DNA of 64,000 nucleotides from Candidatus Sulfomarinibacteraceae bacterium (GTDB lineage Bacteria; Acidobacteriota; Thermoanaerobaculia; Thermoanaerobaculales; Sulfomarinibacteraceae), in contig CAWCLO010000004.1 of the NCBI GenBank assembly GCA_963796455.1, forward strand, positions 512,001-576,000, written 5' to 3'. Shown one piece after another: positions 1 to 9,945 of this stretch. Positions within the stretch are counted from its first letter, which is position 1. Every line of letters begins with the position of its first letter. The position numbers were made by a program, and so were the translations under genes. A model generated the notes under the pieces. It ran no database searches, was not told where the DNA came from, and was given only the letters and a program-made list of their open reading frames with translations.

Positions 1-485
1 CAGCCTTCGCCCTGCATGGCGGTTGCGATCCACGGTTTGCCCGATGGGGTCTCGCTCCAGACAAAGCCTCCATCCCAGGGCGCGCGCGCGGCCTCGATCG
101 GTTGCCCGTGGTAGTGGACCGTTACCTCGTGGCTCGTCCCTGCCGCCACCGGGGAGCGCAGGGTCACAAAGAGCTTGGCCTCGTCGCGGCTGAATTCGAG
201 CGGGCCGCCGGCGTCCTCGATGAGGTCGATCGTGTAGAGGCCGTCAAAATCGAGCTCGAGGACAGACATTTCGATCACGGCCATGAATCGGACTGCGGCC
301 GATCCGGCAATTGCCTTCTGCTCGATCAGGATGTTGTTTCGAAGCGTGTAGTGCTCGACATCATAAGCCTTGAGACCATCGGACATCGGCCGGCTCGAAT
401 CCAGCGTGATCTCGCTGCGGGTGACGTCAGGCGGACCACAAGCAGCGACAGCCAGCAAAATGATCAGGAACAGGATGCGAATCAT
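1..485 (-). CDS. M1 family aminopeptidase, lipoprotein (N-terminal part; runs off window edge)
   Basis: Not in the ORF track. Manual translation from ATG 485: MIRILFLIILLAVAAC (lipobox) ... YDVEHYTL ... VTVHYHGQPIEAARAPWDGGFVWS ... PWIATAMQGEG, typical of the M1 N-terminal domain. Catalytic HEXXH is outside the window. Confidence 0.75.
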   Translation of the reverse strand, partial: MIRILFLIILLAVAACGPPDVTRSEITLDSSRPMSDGLKAYDVEHYTLRNNILIEQKAIAGSAAVRFMAVIEMSVLELDFDGLYTIDLIEDAGGPLEFSRDEAKLFVTLRSPVAAGTSHEVTVHYHGQPIEAARAPWDGGFVWSETPSGKPWIATAMQGEG

Positions 486-629
486 GGCGATCTCCCTTTC
501 GCGTATTGTAGCCGCGCTCTTAACAGACCAAAGGGTCGCCCATTCGCACTCTGACTGAAGTGATCCGACGAAAAGATCTCAGAAACCGCCTGAATGAACC
601 CGCGTACAATTATCAGGGGGTACACAGCG

Positions 630-1691
630 ATGGTCCATGGCAATCGGAGTCGCAGAAGCTTCATCAGAGATCTCGTGGCACTGAGCGTGGCCGGCCCGTC
701 GGCCCTCAAGGCTTTTGCCGAGACGGGGACCGTCGAAAAGACGCTCCTTCCGATCAGAAAACGAGTACCGAATCCCTTCGTGGAGAATGGGAAGCCGATT
801 GTCGTGGTGGTTCATGGGGACGACTTTCCGACGATGCTGGCCAAAGGCATGGACGTCCTGGGAGGCTTTGTCCGTTTTGGAACCGGTAAGTCGGTCATCA
901 TCAAGCCCAATTTCGTGTTCGACAAAAAGACCCGTTATCCGACCACGACCCACGAGGATTCGGTTCTGACCACCGTCCAGTTTCTGCAGAAGGAGGGCTT
1001 CGGCGATATCTGTGTTGCCGATCGCCGTGGCAAGAGAATGGACAGCGGCCGAGCCGGCGGAAAATTCGAGTGGAGCGGACTGAATGATCTGGCTGAAGAG
1101 GGTGGTTTCACCACCGATTCGCTCATGGACGACGCCGAGGCGCCGACCGTCCACGTCGGTGATTCCAATTGGACGACCCTGCCGTCAGTGGGTGTCATCC
1201 AGAAGATCTACGAGGCGGGCCTGATCATCAATATGCCGACCCTCAAGCGGCATTCCCAGACCAATCTCACCTGTTCATTGAAGAACAACATGGGCGTGCT
1301 CGATGTGCCGACAACGGAATACATGCATCTGTGGGGAGATGCCAACAAGGCGGAGCACGATGCCATGCCCAAAGATGAGGTGAACCGGAGGCTCTGCATG
1401 GCCGTGGCCGAGGCCGCGATGGCGGTCAGCCCGGAGATGACTGTGATCGACGCGAGAACGGTGCTCTGCAAAAACCACGGCAGCGTTTCCTCGGGTGAAC
1501 CCCGCGTGGCCAATCGACTGATCATCAGTGGCGACCCGGTCGCGGCGGACGTTTATGGGGCCAGCGTGCTGAAGGAAGTCTACGAGGCCTATGATCTCGG
1601 ACCCACCAGCAGCACTTTCCAACACGCATCAGCGCTTGGAATCGGGGTTGCGGATCTGAACAACGTGGTGGTCAAGGAGATCAGGGCCTAG
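630..1691 (+). CDS. DUF362 domain protein with Tat signal
   Basis: RRSFI twin-arginine motif; IIKPNF, PTTT, INMPTLKRH, SLKNNMG and DPVAAD are DUF362 motifs. Start set at ATG 630 (track start 594). Confidence 0.85.
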   Translation: MVHGNRSRRSFIRDLVALSVAGPSALKAFAETGTVEKTLLPIRKRVPNPFVENGKPIVVVVHGDDFPTMLAKGMDVLGGFVRFGTGKSVIIKPNFVFDKKTRYPTTTHEDSVLTTVQFLQKEGFGDICVADRRGKRMDSGRAGGKFEWSGLNDLAEEGGFTTDSLMDDAEAPTVHVGDSNWTTLPSVGVIQKIYEAGLIINMPTLKRHSQTNLTCSLKNNMGVLDVPTTEYMHLWGDANKAEHDAMPKDEVNRRLCMAVAEAAMAVSPEMTVIDARTVLCKNHGSVSSGEPRVANRLIISGDPVAADVYGASVLKEVYEAYDLGPTSSTFQHASALGIGVADLNNVVVKEIRA

Positions 1692-3009
1692 CGGGCCAGC
1701 TGATCTTCCCATCGTATCGTTCTTCTATAAGGTCGATGAATCCATCGGGGATGTAGCGCAGAATGACGTTGGTCCCTGGGGCCGGCGGTCCGGGCAATCG
1801 GGGAATGGGGTGAGGATCGGTGCAGTAGCCCCACCCCGGGGTGTCCGGCGGATCCACCAGTCGAGTCCCTCGAGGCAGAGAGGGAACTCTCATCTTCGGC
1901 ATCCGGTATACGGTAATTTCGCTGAGGTCGAAACCATGTTCGAGGAGGGCCTGAACCTGCGTACGCCTGACCATTTTCTGATCAGTCGAATCTGGTGGTC
2001 GATCCTGATCGCTGGACGAGTTGGCGTCGTATCCATCCACCCCTGAACCACCAAAGAGGTATGGCAAGTTCGATTTGTCCATCCACTTGGATCTCGCCGC
2101 CACGAGGACCCGTTCGGAGTCGCGGCCGACCGCAACGGTCTCACTGTTGAACTTTGCGAGGAATTGACCGTCGGATCCGGAGATCACGAAATCGTGATAA
2201 TTGTCCCAAGCAGTAAGGAAGAGAAAATCTCCGACACCATCACCGTTGACATCTTCCGAAAACGTCGTGACGGGTTCAGCCAGGTAGGGAATCGACCACA
2301 GGCACTCGATCTCATTCCGCCATCCATGATCGACCCGGACGCGGGCAATCAGGCCGTCCAAATCACCGTCGTCGGAGCGCTGTGAATAGACAACCAGCCA
2401 ATCGGTCTCCGAATCTTCGATCGGCATGTAGCCGATTCCCACTATTTCCAACGACCCATAGGATTCAGACCAGTAACGGGCTCGACGGTTCGAAAAAAGT
2501 GCGCGTCCGATCTCTGCAGGAGATGCAGTCGTCTGTCGTGGTTTCCTTTGTTCGAATTGGTATGCCACCACATTGACGGCCTGGCGGTCCATTTTTTCTT
2601 TCCGGCCGACAACCCAACCTCCGATCTCGGCTTGCACCACCGCCAATCCGGCAGAATCCAAGAACGTCCGCACGGCCTCGGTCAGGGTTCGACCCCGCCA
2701 CTGGTCCTCGAAATCGAGCGATGCACGATTCTGAGCGTCGAGGAAATAGACAAAATTATTGGGCGGGGAAGAGAGGCTTTCAGCCGGGCCGAAAACATAC
2801 ATGGCCCTCTCCGGGAGGGTCGTCCGGTACGAAGGGCTCTCGGACAACTGGACGAGATAACCCTCTCGGTCTTCGATGATCTCTGCGGATAACGAGCTCT
2901 GAGCAAGTTGTTCGCAACCAGATTCCGCGTGGGTTCCGAGTGCGACCAGAACCATCAGCGCCGCAACCGCTGAGATCTCGTGGGCCTTCACCAGGTCACC
3001 TCCAACCAA
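1681..3009 (-). CDS. Hypothetical exported protein with an FG-GAP/Ca-binding-like DxNGDG motif
   Basis: 442-aa ORF with a hydrophobic N-terminus (ISAVAALMVLVALGTHA) and DVNGDGVGDFL. No other family recognised; start uncertain. Confidence 0.55.
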   Translation of the reverse strand: MVGGDLVKAHEISAVAALMVLVALGTHAESGCEQLAQSSLSAEIIEDREGYLVQLSESPSYRTTLPERAMYVFGPAESLSSPPNNFVYFLDAQNRASLDFEDQWRGRTLTEAVRTFLDSAGLAVVQAEIGGWVVGRKEKMDRQAVNVVAYQFEQRKPRQTTASPAEIGRALFSNRRARYWSESYGSLEIVGIGYMPIEDSETDWLVVYSQRSDDGDLDGLIARVRVDHGWRNEIECLWSIPYLAEPVTTFSEDVNGDGVGDFLFLTAWDNYHDFVISGSDGQFLAKFNSETVAVGRDSERVLVAARSKWMDKSNLPYLFGGSGVDGYDANSSSDQDRPPDSTDQKMVRRTQVQALLEHGFDLSEITVYRMPKMRVPSLPRGTRLVDPPDTPGWGYCTDPHPIPRLPGPPAPGTNVILRYIPDGFIDLIEERYDGKISWPARP

Positions 3010-3209
3010 TTTCTTGACCGTCTCATTTTCATGGTAGGACAGGGATATGTCGCCAATGTGGCGGCGATGCGGTTGGTGTTGGGCATGCCTGGGCGGAAGA
3101 CACCTCCAGTCCGAGACGAGAAGCGGGGAAGGGGAGGTTTTGCCTCCCCTAGATTGTGCCCCGTGGAGTCGTTCAGCCCGACCTCTGGATGGATCGATCT
3201 TCGAAACTC

Positions 3210-3557
3210 TTGTCCAAGATGGAGTCTCGGATGGCGTTCAGGGACAGCGACAGAGAACAGTAGACAGCGTCAGCGAACAGAGATCAGCGGCAGGGACAAT
3301 GACTGCGATCAGGCGTCAGCGACAGCGAACAGCACTCAAATCTTCGGGTTCAACAGCCGGCATGTCATGGCCCGGACCTGATCGAAGGCGTTCATTGTGT
3401 CACGGTACCTGATCGCTGCCCCTGATCGCTGTCCCTGTTCGCTGTTGCCTGTCGCTGTCGCTGGACACTGTCGCTGCCGCTGCAATTCGGACGCGGACGC
3501 GGACGCGGACGCGGACACGGGCACAGGCAACCGCGAACTGGACATGCCAAAAACCAA
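3210..3557. repeat. Composite intergenic repeat, copy 1 (left arm, unique core, right arm with GGACGC tandem run)
   Basis: Left arm TTGTCCAAGA..GAGTCTCGGAT..CAGGGACAGCG.CAGAGAAC matches 21487 onward. Right arm CGCTGGACACTGTCGCTGCCGC..AATTCGGACG..AAAACCAA matches about 21775-21876 and, reverse-complemented, 30440-30495. Four exact GGACGC units at 3489-3512. Confidence 0.85.
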
Positions 3558-3623
3558 CCCGCAGACCCTATGTTGTCAGGCGGGCAACATCCCGACGATC
3601 TGTTTTTGACTGCTGTGGACCTT

Positions 3624-5759
3624 CTATTGAAAGCCCCGCCGTGCGAGGAGTGGTTCGACGCTCGGTTCCTGGCCGCGGAATCGGAGGTAGAGCGCCATCG
3701 GATGCTCGCTGCCGCCCGGCTCCAGGATGTTCTCGCGATAGGATTGCGCCAGCTCCGGGTTGAAGATGCCCTGCTCCTTAAAGTACTCAAAGGCATCGGC
3801 GTCGAGCACCTCGGCCCAAAGATAGCTGTAGTAGCCGGAAGCGTAGCCGCCGCCCCAGACGTGACCGAAATAGGGTGTGCGATAACGCGTGATGATGGAG
3901 TCGATCATCCCGATCTCGTCCATGACCTCGGCTTCGAAGGCCAAGGCGTCCTTCTGCTCGGTCTCGGTCAGGGTGTGCCACTTCATGTCGAGCAATGACG
4001 CGGCCACGTATTCACCCGTGATGAAGCCCTGGTTGAATTTGCTGGTGGCGTCGAGTTTGTCGATGAGCTCCTGAGGGATGGGTTCGCCGGTTTCGTAGTG
4101 GGTCGCATAGGTGGGCAGCACGTCGGGGTGCATGGCCCAGTTCTCCATCATCTGCGAGGGAAGCTCGACGAAGTCCCAATAGACATTGGTCCCCGAGAGG
4201 CTCTCGTAGGTCCCATCGGCAAGGATGCCGTGCAGGGCGTGGCCGAACTCGTGGAAGAGGGTCTTGACCTCGTCGAGGGTCAGAAGCGCGGGATCGTCAC
4301 CGACCGGTTTGGAGAAATTGGCGTGATTGGCCACCAATGGACGGATGTCCTCACCGCCGACCTTGTATTGCTCGCGGTAGGTGTTCATCCAGGCGCCGCC
4401 GCGCTTGCTGGCCCGAGCAAAATAGTCGGTGTAGAGCAGGGCCAGGTGACTGCCGTCAGCGTCCTTGACCTCGTAGACCTTGACGTCCTCCTGGTAAACC
4501 GGAATATCGGTCCGCTCCTCGAAGGTGATGCCGAAGAGACGGGTCGCCACATCCAGGGTGCCGGCGAGCACGTTGTTCAGCTCGAAATAGGGTTTGACGG
4601 TGGCCACGTCGAAATCGTACTTTTCAGCCCGAATCATTTCGGAGTAGTAGAACCAGTCCCAGGGCTCGAGTTTGAAGCCGCCTCCCTGAGCATCGATCAT
4701 CGCCTGCAGGTCCGATGCTTCTTGTTTGGCGGTTGCCAGCGCCGGTGCCCAGACGCGTTCGAGCAAATCGAACACCCGATCGGGGGTCTCGGCCATGCGT
4801 TCTTCGAGCACGTATTCGGCGTGAGTTTTGTAGCCCAGAAGTTGGGCGCGCTCCACTCGAAGGGCGGCGATCCTGGCGGCCACTTCCCGGTTGTCGTACT
4901 CGTTGCCGTTGCTGCCCAGATTCATATATGCACGGTAGAGTTTTTCGCGCAGATCGCGGCGTTCGGAGTAGGTGAGGAAGGGCGTCCAACTGGTGCGCTG
5001 CAGGTTGAAGGCCCATTTGCCGTCGAGACCGGCAGCAGTTGCGACGCCGGCGGCTGCTGCCACCACGTCGTCGGGCAGACCCTCCAGATCAGCCGCGTCT
5101 TCGATCAAAAGGGCGGGCGCGTTCATCTCGGCCAGGAGATTGTCGCTGAAACTCACGCCCAGCGTCGAAAGCTCCTCGTTGATGGCCCGCATCCGTTCTC
5201 TGGCCTCGCCCTCCAGCCGTGCTCCGTTGCGGACAAAACTGTTGTAGGTGTCCTTGAGAAGCATTGCCTGCTCGCTATCGAGATCGAGTTCGCTCTTCTG
5301 GTCCCAGACCGCCGCCACCCGCTGGAACAGCTCCTGGTTGAGGGAGATATCGGTGTAGTGGGCGCTCAGGATCGGCGCCATCTCCTTGACCACGGCCTGG
5401 GTCTCGTCATTGGTGTGGGCGCCGTTCTGGTTGCTGACGAAGACGCTCACACGCCCGAGCATCTCACCGGATCTTTCGAGGGGCTCGATGGTGTTTTCGA
5501 AGGTCGGCGCCTCCGGATTGTTCACGATGGCCGAAATCTCGGCTTTGTGATCGGTCATGCCCAGTTCGTAAGCAGGTACGTAATGGACCGGGACGATCTC
5601 ATCAAAAGGTGGTGCGCCGAATGGATCCGTCCACTCGACAAAAAAGGGATTTTCCCCAGCTGTCATCGTATTCTCCTCGGTTGAGTGCTCACCGGCGCAG
5701 CCACCGGCCACAACGGCCAATCCAACTGTCAATGTCAGAAGCAGATACCTTGTTTTCAT
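3624..5759 (-). CDS. dcp: M3A metallopeptidase, peptidyl-dipeptidase Dcp-like, lipoprotein
   Basis: NPFF N-terminus, KRGGAWM, LFHEFGHALH, DFVELPSQMMENW, GGYASGYYSYLWAEVLDAD. Start MKTRYLLL with lipobox AGGC at 5759. Confidence 0.92.
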   Translation of the reverse strand: MKTRYLLLTLTVGLAVVAGGCAGEHSTEENTMTAGENPFFVEWTDPFGAPPFDEIVPVHYVPAYELGMTDHKAEISAIVNNPEAPTFENTIEPLERSGEMLGRVSVFVSNQNGAHTNDETQAVVKEMAPILSAHYTDISLNQELFQRVAAVWDQKSELDLDSEQAMLLKDTYNSFVRNGARLEGEARERMRAINEELSTLGVSFSDNLLAEMNAPALLIEDAADLEGLPDDVVAAAAGVATAAGLDGKWAFNLQRTSWTPFLTYSERRDLREKLYRAYMNLGSNGNEYDNREVAARIAALRVERAQLLGYKTHAEYVLEERMAETPDRVFDLLERVWAPALATAKQEASDLQAMIDAQGGGFKLEPWDWFYYSEMIRAEKYDFDVATVKPYFELNNVLAGTLDVATRLFGITFEERTDIPVYQEDVKVYEVKDADGSHLALLYTDYFARASKRGGAWMNTYREQYKVGGEDIRPLVANHANFSKPVGDDPALLTLDEVKTLFHEFGHALHGILADGTYESLSGTNVYWDFVELPSQMMENWAMHPDVLPTYATHYETGEPIPQELIDKLDATSKFNQGFITGEYVAASLLDMKWHTLTETEQKDALAFEAEVMDEIGMIDSIITRYRTPYFGHVWGGGYASGYYSYLWAEVLDADAFEYFKEQGIFNPELAQSYRENILEPGGSEHPMALYLRFRGQEPSVEPLLARRGFQ

Positions 5760-5904
5760 GATGATTCTCAGAACCTCCACGGGATTGGGGACTGGTTGCT
5801 CCGTCCGCCGGGGACAGGCTAACACGGTGTCCGGAGGCTTTTTCGAGAGATGTGTCACTTCGCCTCGAAAAATTTTCGCGTACCGAGGCGGTGCCGCGGA
5901 CTGA

Positions 5905-6201
5905 TCACATTGAGTCTCGGTGCTGACCTCGGAGATACCACTTGATGGCAACGAAGGGGAACAAAAAGAACAGCACGTTCAGGCCCTTCATGATCGTCAT
6001 CACATAGAGGAAAAAGAGATCGAATTCCTTCCTGGTGATTTCGAGCATCTGGGCATGAATGGTGTAGATGAGGTCGCCCAGCACGAGCGACACAGCCCAG
6101 GTGAAGAGCATGGCTCCGACCGTGATGAAAAAGCACCTCAAGAGAATGTCGGCGATGGCGTGGAGTGTCGCGACGGTGCTCTCGGCCATTTCCCTGCTCA
6201 T
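5905..6201 (-). CDS. Small two-TM membrane protein (DUF6868-like)
   Basis: 98 aa from ATG 6201 after GGAGG: LLRCF..IYTIHAQMLEITRKEFD..KGLNVLFFLFPFVAIK. Confidence 0.7.
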   Translation of the reverse strand: MSREMAESTVATLHAIADILLRCFFITVGAMLFTWAVSLVLGDLIYTIHAQMLEITRKEFDLFFLYVMTIMKGLNVLFFLFPFVAIKWYLRGQHRDSM

Positions 6202-6247
6202 TGGTTGGCCTCCGCGAGGTAGTTTGCAGCTTCGATCGTTTCCCGAC

Positions 6248-7726
6248 TCAGTCCGCACGCCGAACGTGAACCATCGCAGGATCTGACTGTTCGCCACTCG
6301 CCGAAACCGCAAACACCGCAATCCTGAAATCGGTGTCGCCCCCGAAAAGACTCTGGACCTCGGTCGGGATCTCTTTTGTCGTGAAGACTCCCCGAGAGTT
6401 TGCGGTGACCACGGTCTCCACCAGGCGGCCCTCTCCGAGCAGCACGATCGATCGGGTGACGGCATAGTCGATGACGATGCGTACCTTCTGTCGCGGTGAA
6501 GCGGTTCCCGTCACTTTGATCGTTCTCCCGACCTTGCTGCCTTCCTCTGGGCTGGTGATCACGGGCGCCTTCGGTTTGTCTTGATCGACATCTTCCCAGC
6601 CGTCGTCCGCAGCCGCCGCTCCGGCCGCCGTAAACACCAGCGGCGCGTCGGCCAGGACGGTCTGGCTCGGTCTGTTCGGAAGATCGAGGCGCGCCACGAT
6701 CGGCGTGTCATCAAGGTCGATGCCGCGCGGAATGGTGTAGACCAGGACATAGGTGCCTGGATCGCCGATGAGCTCTTCCGCCCGAAGATTGCTCTCCACA
6801 TTCACGATGTCGATGGTCAACCTTCCTCCGGGAGTTCCTGTAGCGGTGATCCGCACGCGATCCCCTGGAAGGAGCTGTCTGCCTCCGTCGTGGGTGACCT
6901 GGAGCTGCGGTTTCTCCGTCGTGGTGGCCGATAGGCGCTTGACGTACCAGACCTGACGAGTCTTGGGGTCGAGACGCAACTCAATCCGGTCATTGGGCCG
7001 AAGGCCGGCAAACGCGAATTCGGTGCCGTCGGACTCTTCGTAGCGGGTGTGACGGTTGACCATCAGCTGATCTGACATGCCCTCGAGCCTCAGGCGGTCT
7101 TTTGTGACGAGGTTGAGGACCCCTTCTCCGAGAAGACGGGTTGCTTCGATCGATGTCGCGCGTCGACCGTTTCCGAAACGAACCTTGACGCGATCGCCGT
7201 AGGCGAGCTCCGTCCACTGGATCCTTCGTCTCCGGCGGTCGTTTTCGGTGAGATAAATGCTCGTGTTGTTGAGCAGGATCACCGGTTCGAGACCGGAGTC
7301 AGTCAGGGCGACGATCTGAGCGGACGGCGACTCGACCCTTTCGATCAGAGGGCCTTCGAATGAAGATCCGCGGTCGGTCTGATGGTCGTACACGATGTTC
7401 AGCCCACCCTCCAGATCGGGGAGTGAAGCGTTGATTTGGGTCGGTGTCCGGGTCACTGATGGGCCACGGGTCGTAATGTTGAGCCTGCGTTCAGCCACAT
7501 CGAGCTGAGCCGAGACCGCGGTGGTGGACGAGAACGTGCCTGAGGGAAAGGTCAGGGTCAGGTAGGGGCCGAGCTCCAGTTCGATCTCTCTTCTTTGGTC
7601 GGCCACTCGTGCTGCCGAGAAAACCTCAGTTCCTGAGTTCGTACTGATCTTTTCTTGAGAGTGAGCCGGGACGCCACCCGAAATGGCCATTGTCAAAACA
7701 CACAGAGAGAGGAGCGAACGCTTCAT
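6248..7726 (-). CDS. Secreted multidomain beta-rich hypothetical protein
   Basis: Signal peptide; two internal OB-like repeats (ELAYGDRVKVRF, GLRPNDRIELRL); a GTPGG..PGTYVLVYTI module; C-terminal Ig-like PVITSPEEGS..VTGTA domain. Confidence 0.7.
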   Translation of the reverse strand: MKRSLLSLCVLTMAISGGVPAHSQEKISTNSGTEVFSAARVADQRREIELELGPYLTLTFPSGTFSSTTAVSAQLDVAERRLNITTRGPSVTRTPTQINASLPDLEGGLNIVYDHQTDRGSSFEGPLIERVESPSAQIVALTDSGLEPVILLNNTSIYLTENDRRRRRIQWTELAYGDRVKVRFGNGRRATSIEATRLLGEGVLNLVTKDRLRLEGMSDQLMVNRHTRYEESDGTEFAFAGLRPNDRIELRLDPKTRQVWYVKRLSATTTEKPQLQVTHDGGRQLLPGDRVRITATGTPGGRLTIDIVNVESNLRAEELIGDPGTYVLVYTIPRGIDLDDTPIVARLDLPNRPSQTVLADAPLVFTAAGAAAADDGWEDVDQDKPKAPVITSPEEGSKVGRTIKVTGTASPRQKVRIVIDYAVTRSIVLLGEGRLVETVVTANSRGVFTTKEIPTEVQSLFGGDTDFRIAVFAVSASGEQSDPAMVHVRRAD

Positions 7727-7959
7727 AATCCATCGATTCCTTCCCGGCTCGGCGCCGATGTCACGAACAGGTTCTTGGTTGAGACTACCGTAGATCCAGG
7801 CCCATATCGCTGCCTGTTACGGATTTTCAATATCCCCATGCATTCAGAGACCGAATTGACCGGCCGAAGGTCACATTGATCGAGTCATCCCAGCCGCGAA
7901 ACGAATCATCTGGATTTATGCGATCGCCCCCGGCTCGTATGAACTCCGGTGACCGGGGT

Positions 7960-9750
7960 CTATCGCGCCTTCATCTGCTCGATCATTTCCGCCGCATGGA
8001 TATTGCGGGGATTCAGCGCAAGTGATTTCTCGTAGTTGGCGATGGCGAGTTCGGTTTCACCGGCTTCCATGTACGCCTCACCGAGGCTGTCCCAGGTGTT
8101 GAAGGAGTCTGGAAAGAGTCGGGTGTTGAGTAGGAACACGGCGATCGCCTCGTCGGTTCGGCCGGACTCGGTGAGCAGCCCGTATCCCATCTGGTTGAGC
8201 CTTCCCTCCTCGAGATCGTCGCGGCCCCGATAGGCGGCGATAGCCTCCTCGGTGCGCCCTGCCAGGAGGAGTTCCGGCGCCAGGACCTCGTCATCGGTCA
8301 AACGTGTCCATTCCATATCGGCGTCGCCGGATACGACTTTTTGGATGCGGCCGTTCGCTCCTCGGGCGAAGGTGAAGGGACCTGTGAAGCGATTCTGGTA
8401 GCGGAATGTGTCCGGGGCCACGGGATAAACGGTCAGAATGCCCGGGCTCAGGAGTTCTCGATGCACCAGGTGGCCGTCACCGGCGGTCAGGATCACGACC
8501 CGGTCGGCGCCGGCGCGGTAGCGGCCGGCATATTCACCGAGCTCATCGGCGCTGATCTCGATCGACCGGATTTCATCCGGCAAGAAACCCGCCCAACCGT
8601 AGACCTTGGCGATGGCATTGATCACCTCTTCTATCACGACCTCGCCTCGGGCCGCGTTGGTCATGACAGCGGCGCCATAACCGTCATCGCGGTGGAACAT
8701 CAGCTCGCAGCGGAAACCGTAGTTGCCACCCCCGTGCATGAAATATTGTTCATCCCGCCCCTGAAATCGAAAAAGACCCAGCGCCGCATCGCCCTGCACC
8801 GGAGTCAGCATCTGCTCGGCGGTCTCCCGGTTGATCAAAGAATCGTCGTCGCCGCGCACGGCGCGCTGGATCTCGATTGCGAATCGAGCCAGATCTGTGG
8901 GGGTTGTCCACAGACCTGCTGCGGCCATTTCCGGGTAGATGTGGCTGTTTCCGCCGTTTTTCTCATTGCCGACGTGAGCCTTGGCGGCATTCCGGGCACG
9001 CGAGGATGCAAGGGGCTGTTCGAAGGCGCTCTCCGACATCCCGAATGGACCGAGGACCATTTCGTGCATCAGTTCGGGAAAGGACTTCCCAAGGACGTCG
9101 ATCAACATCTGCTGCACGATGGTGGTGCCGCCACCGGAGTATCGAACTCTCTCCCCGGGTGGGATATCGACACGAATGGCCGGCGTGTTGGCCGGTGATT
9201 CACCATCGAGAACCTGCTGAAGCGACGGAAGCGAAGCATCAGGTTCGTAGCCCGGAAAACCGTGAACGGTGGTCCCTCCGGTGTGGCTGAGCAGCATGCG
9301 CAACGTAACAGGTGTAGCCGTGGTGAGCTCGTTCTCGGGAAGCGTCCACGACCTCAGGTATTGATTGATCGGGGTATCGAGATCCAGGTCTCCGGATTCC
9401 ACCAATCGATGCACCGCCATCGCAGTCACCGGTTTGCTGATCGATGCGGCCTGGAAGACGGTCTCCGTGTCGGCCCCTTGACCCGTCGAGCGGTCGGAAA
9501 TGCCGTATGCCTTTGCCCAGATCACCTCGAAATCCTGGATGACCGCAATGCTGACCGCCGCGACCTCGAGCGATGCCATGCGTTCTTCGAGCGGAGTACC
9601 AGCCCGCCCGGCCACCGGTGCGCCATCGAAGAGACCCTGCTCGACCTGACCGATGAGTTCGGCATCAGTCGGAGGCGGTGTTTCGGAAGCGCACGACACC
9701 AGCACCAAAACACAGAAAAAGACCACCAAAGAACTTCTGCCTTGTTGCAT
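7960..9750 (-). CDS. Class C beta-lactamase-family serine hydrolase with C-terminal TPR, lipoprotein
   Basis: AASISK (SxxK), LLSHTGG, YSGGG, HGG; TPR tail NTWDSLGEAYMEAG. Start MQQGRSS at 9750 with lipobox LVSC. Confidence 0.9.
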   Translation of the reverse strand: MQQGRSSLVVFFCVLVLVSCASETPPPTDAELIGQVEQGLFDGAPVAGRAGTPLEERMASLEVAAVSIAVIQDFEVIWAKAYGISDRSTGQGADTETVFQAASISKPVTAMAVHRLVESGDLDLDTPINQYLRSWTLPENELTTATPVTLRMLLSHTGGTTVHGFPGYEPDASLPSLQQVLDGESPANTPAIRVDIPPGERVRYSGGGTTIVQQMLIDVLGKSFPELMHEMVLGPFGMSESAFEQPLASSRARNAAKAHVGNEKNGGNSHIYPEMAAAGLWTTPTDLARFAIEIQRAVRGDDDSLINRETAEQMLTPVQGDAALGLFRFQGRDEQYFMHGGGNYGFRCELMFHRDDGYGAAVMTNAARGEVVIEEVINAIAKVYGWAGFLPDEIRSIEISADELGEYAGRYRAGADRVVILTAGDGHLVHRELLSPGILTVYPVAPDTFRYQNRFTGPFTFARGANGRIQKVVSGDADMEWTRLTDDEVLAPELLLAGRTEEAIAAYRGRDDLEEGRLNQMGYGLLTESGRTDEAIAVFLLNTRLFPDSFNTWDSLGEAYMEAGETELAIANYEKSLALNPRNIHAAEMIEQMKAR

Positions 9751-9945
9751 CGACCCCCCTGCGTCACATCGGATCTCGGGCTTGCTCTGACTGATCATAC
9801 GCGCAACTGGATGCGGCGCTTCACATCCCTTCGTCAGGCGCCCTCCGAGGCATGAGATGGCCGGCTCCACAACCGACTCATCGGTGAGGTATCCTCTGAA
9901 CACGATCGAGCACAACTCAAGCCGGAAAATTCGGGAGGACGCGCG

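Noticed and set aside
3210..3557. Repeats as a CRISPR array or integron attC sites
   Set aside because: No regular repeat-spacer period, no cas or intI gene, and no RYYYAAC/GTTRRRY boundaries seen.
3336..3557. Short ORFs over the repeats (also 21459-21982, 50131-50424)
   Set aside because: Low-complexity translations of repeat DNA without RBS or family motifs.
4098..5684. Long antisense ORFs (also 18901-20103, 35483-36727, 45057-46259, 48177-50162, 51788-53131)
   Set aside because: Shadows of well-supported genes on the opposite strand, expected at high GC; no motifs.
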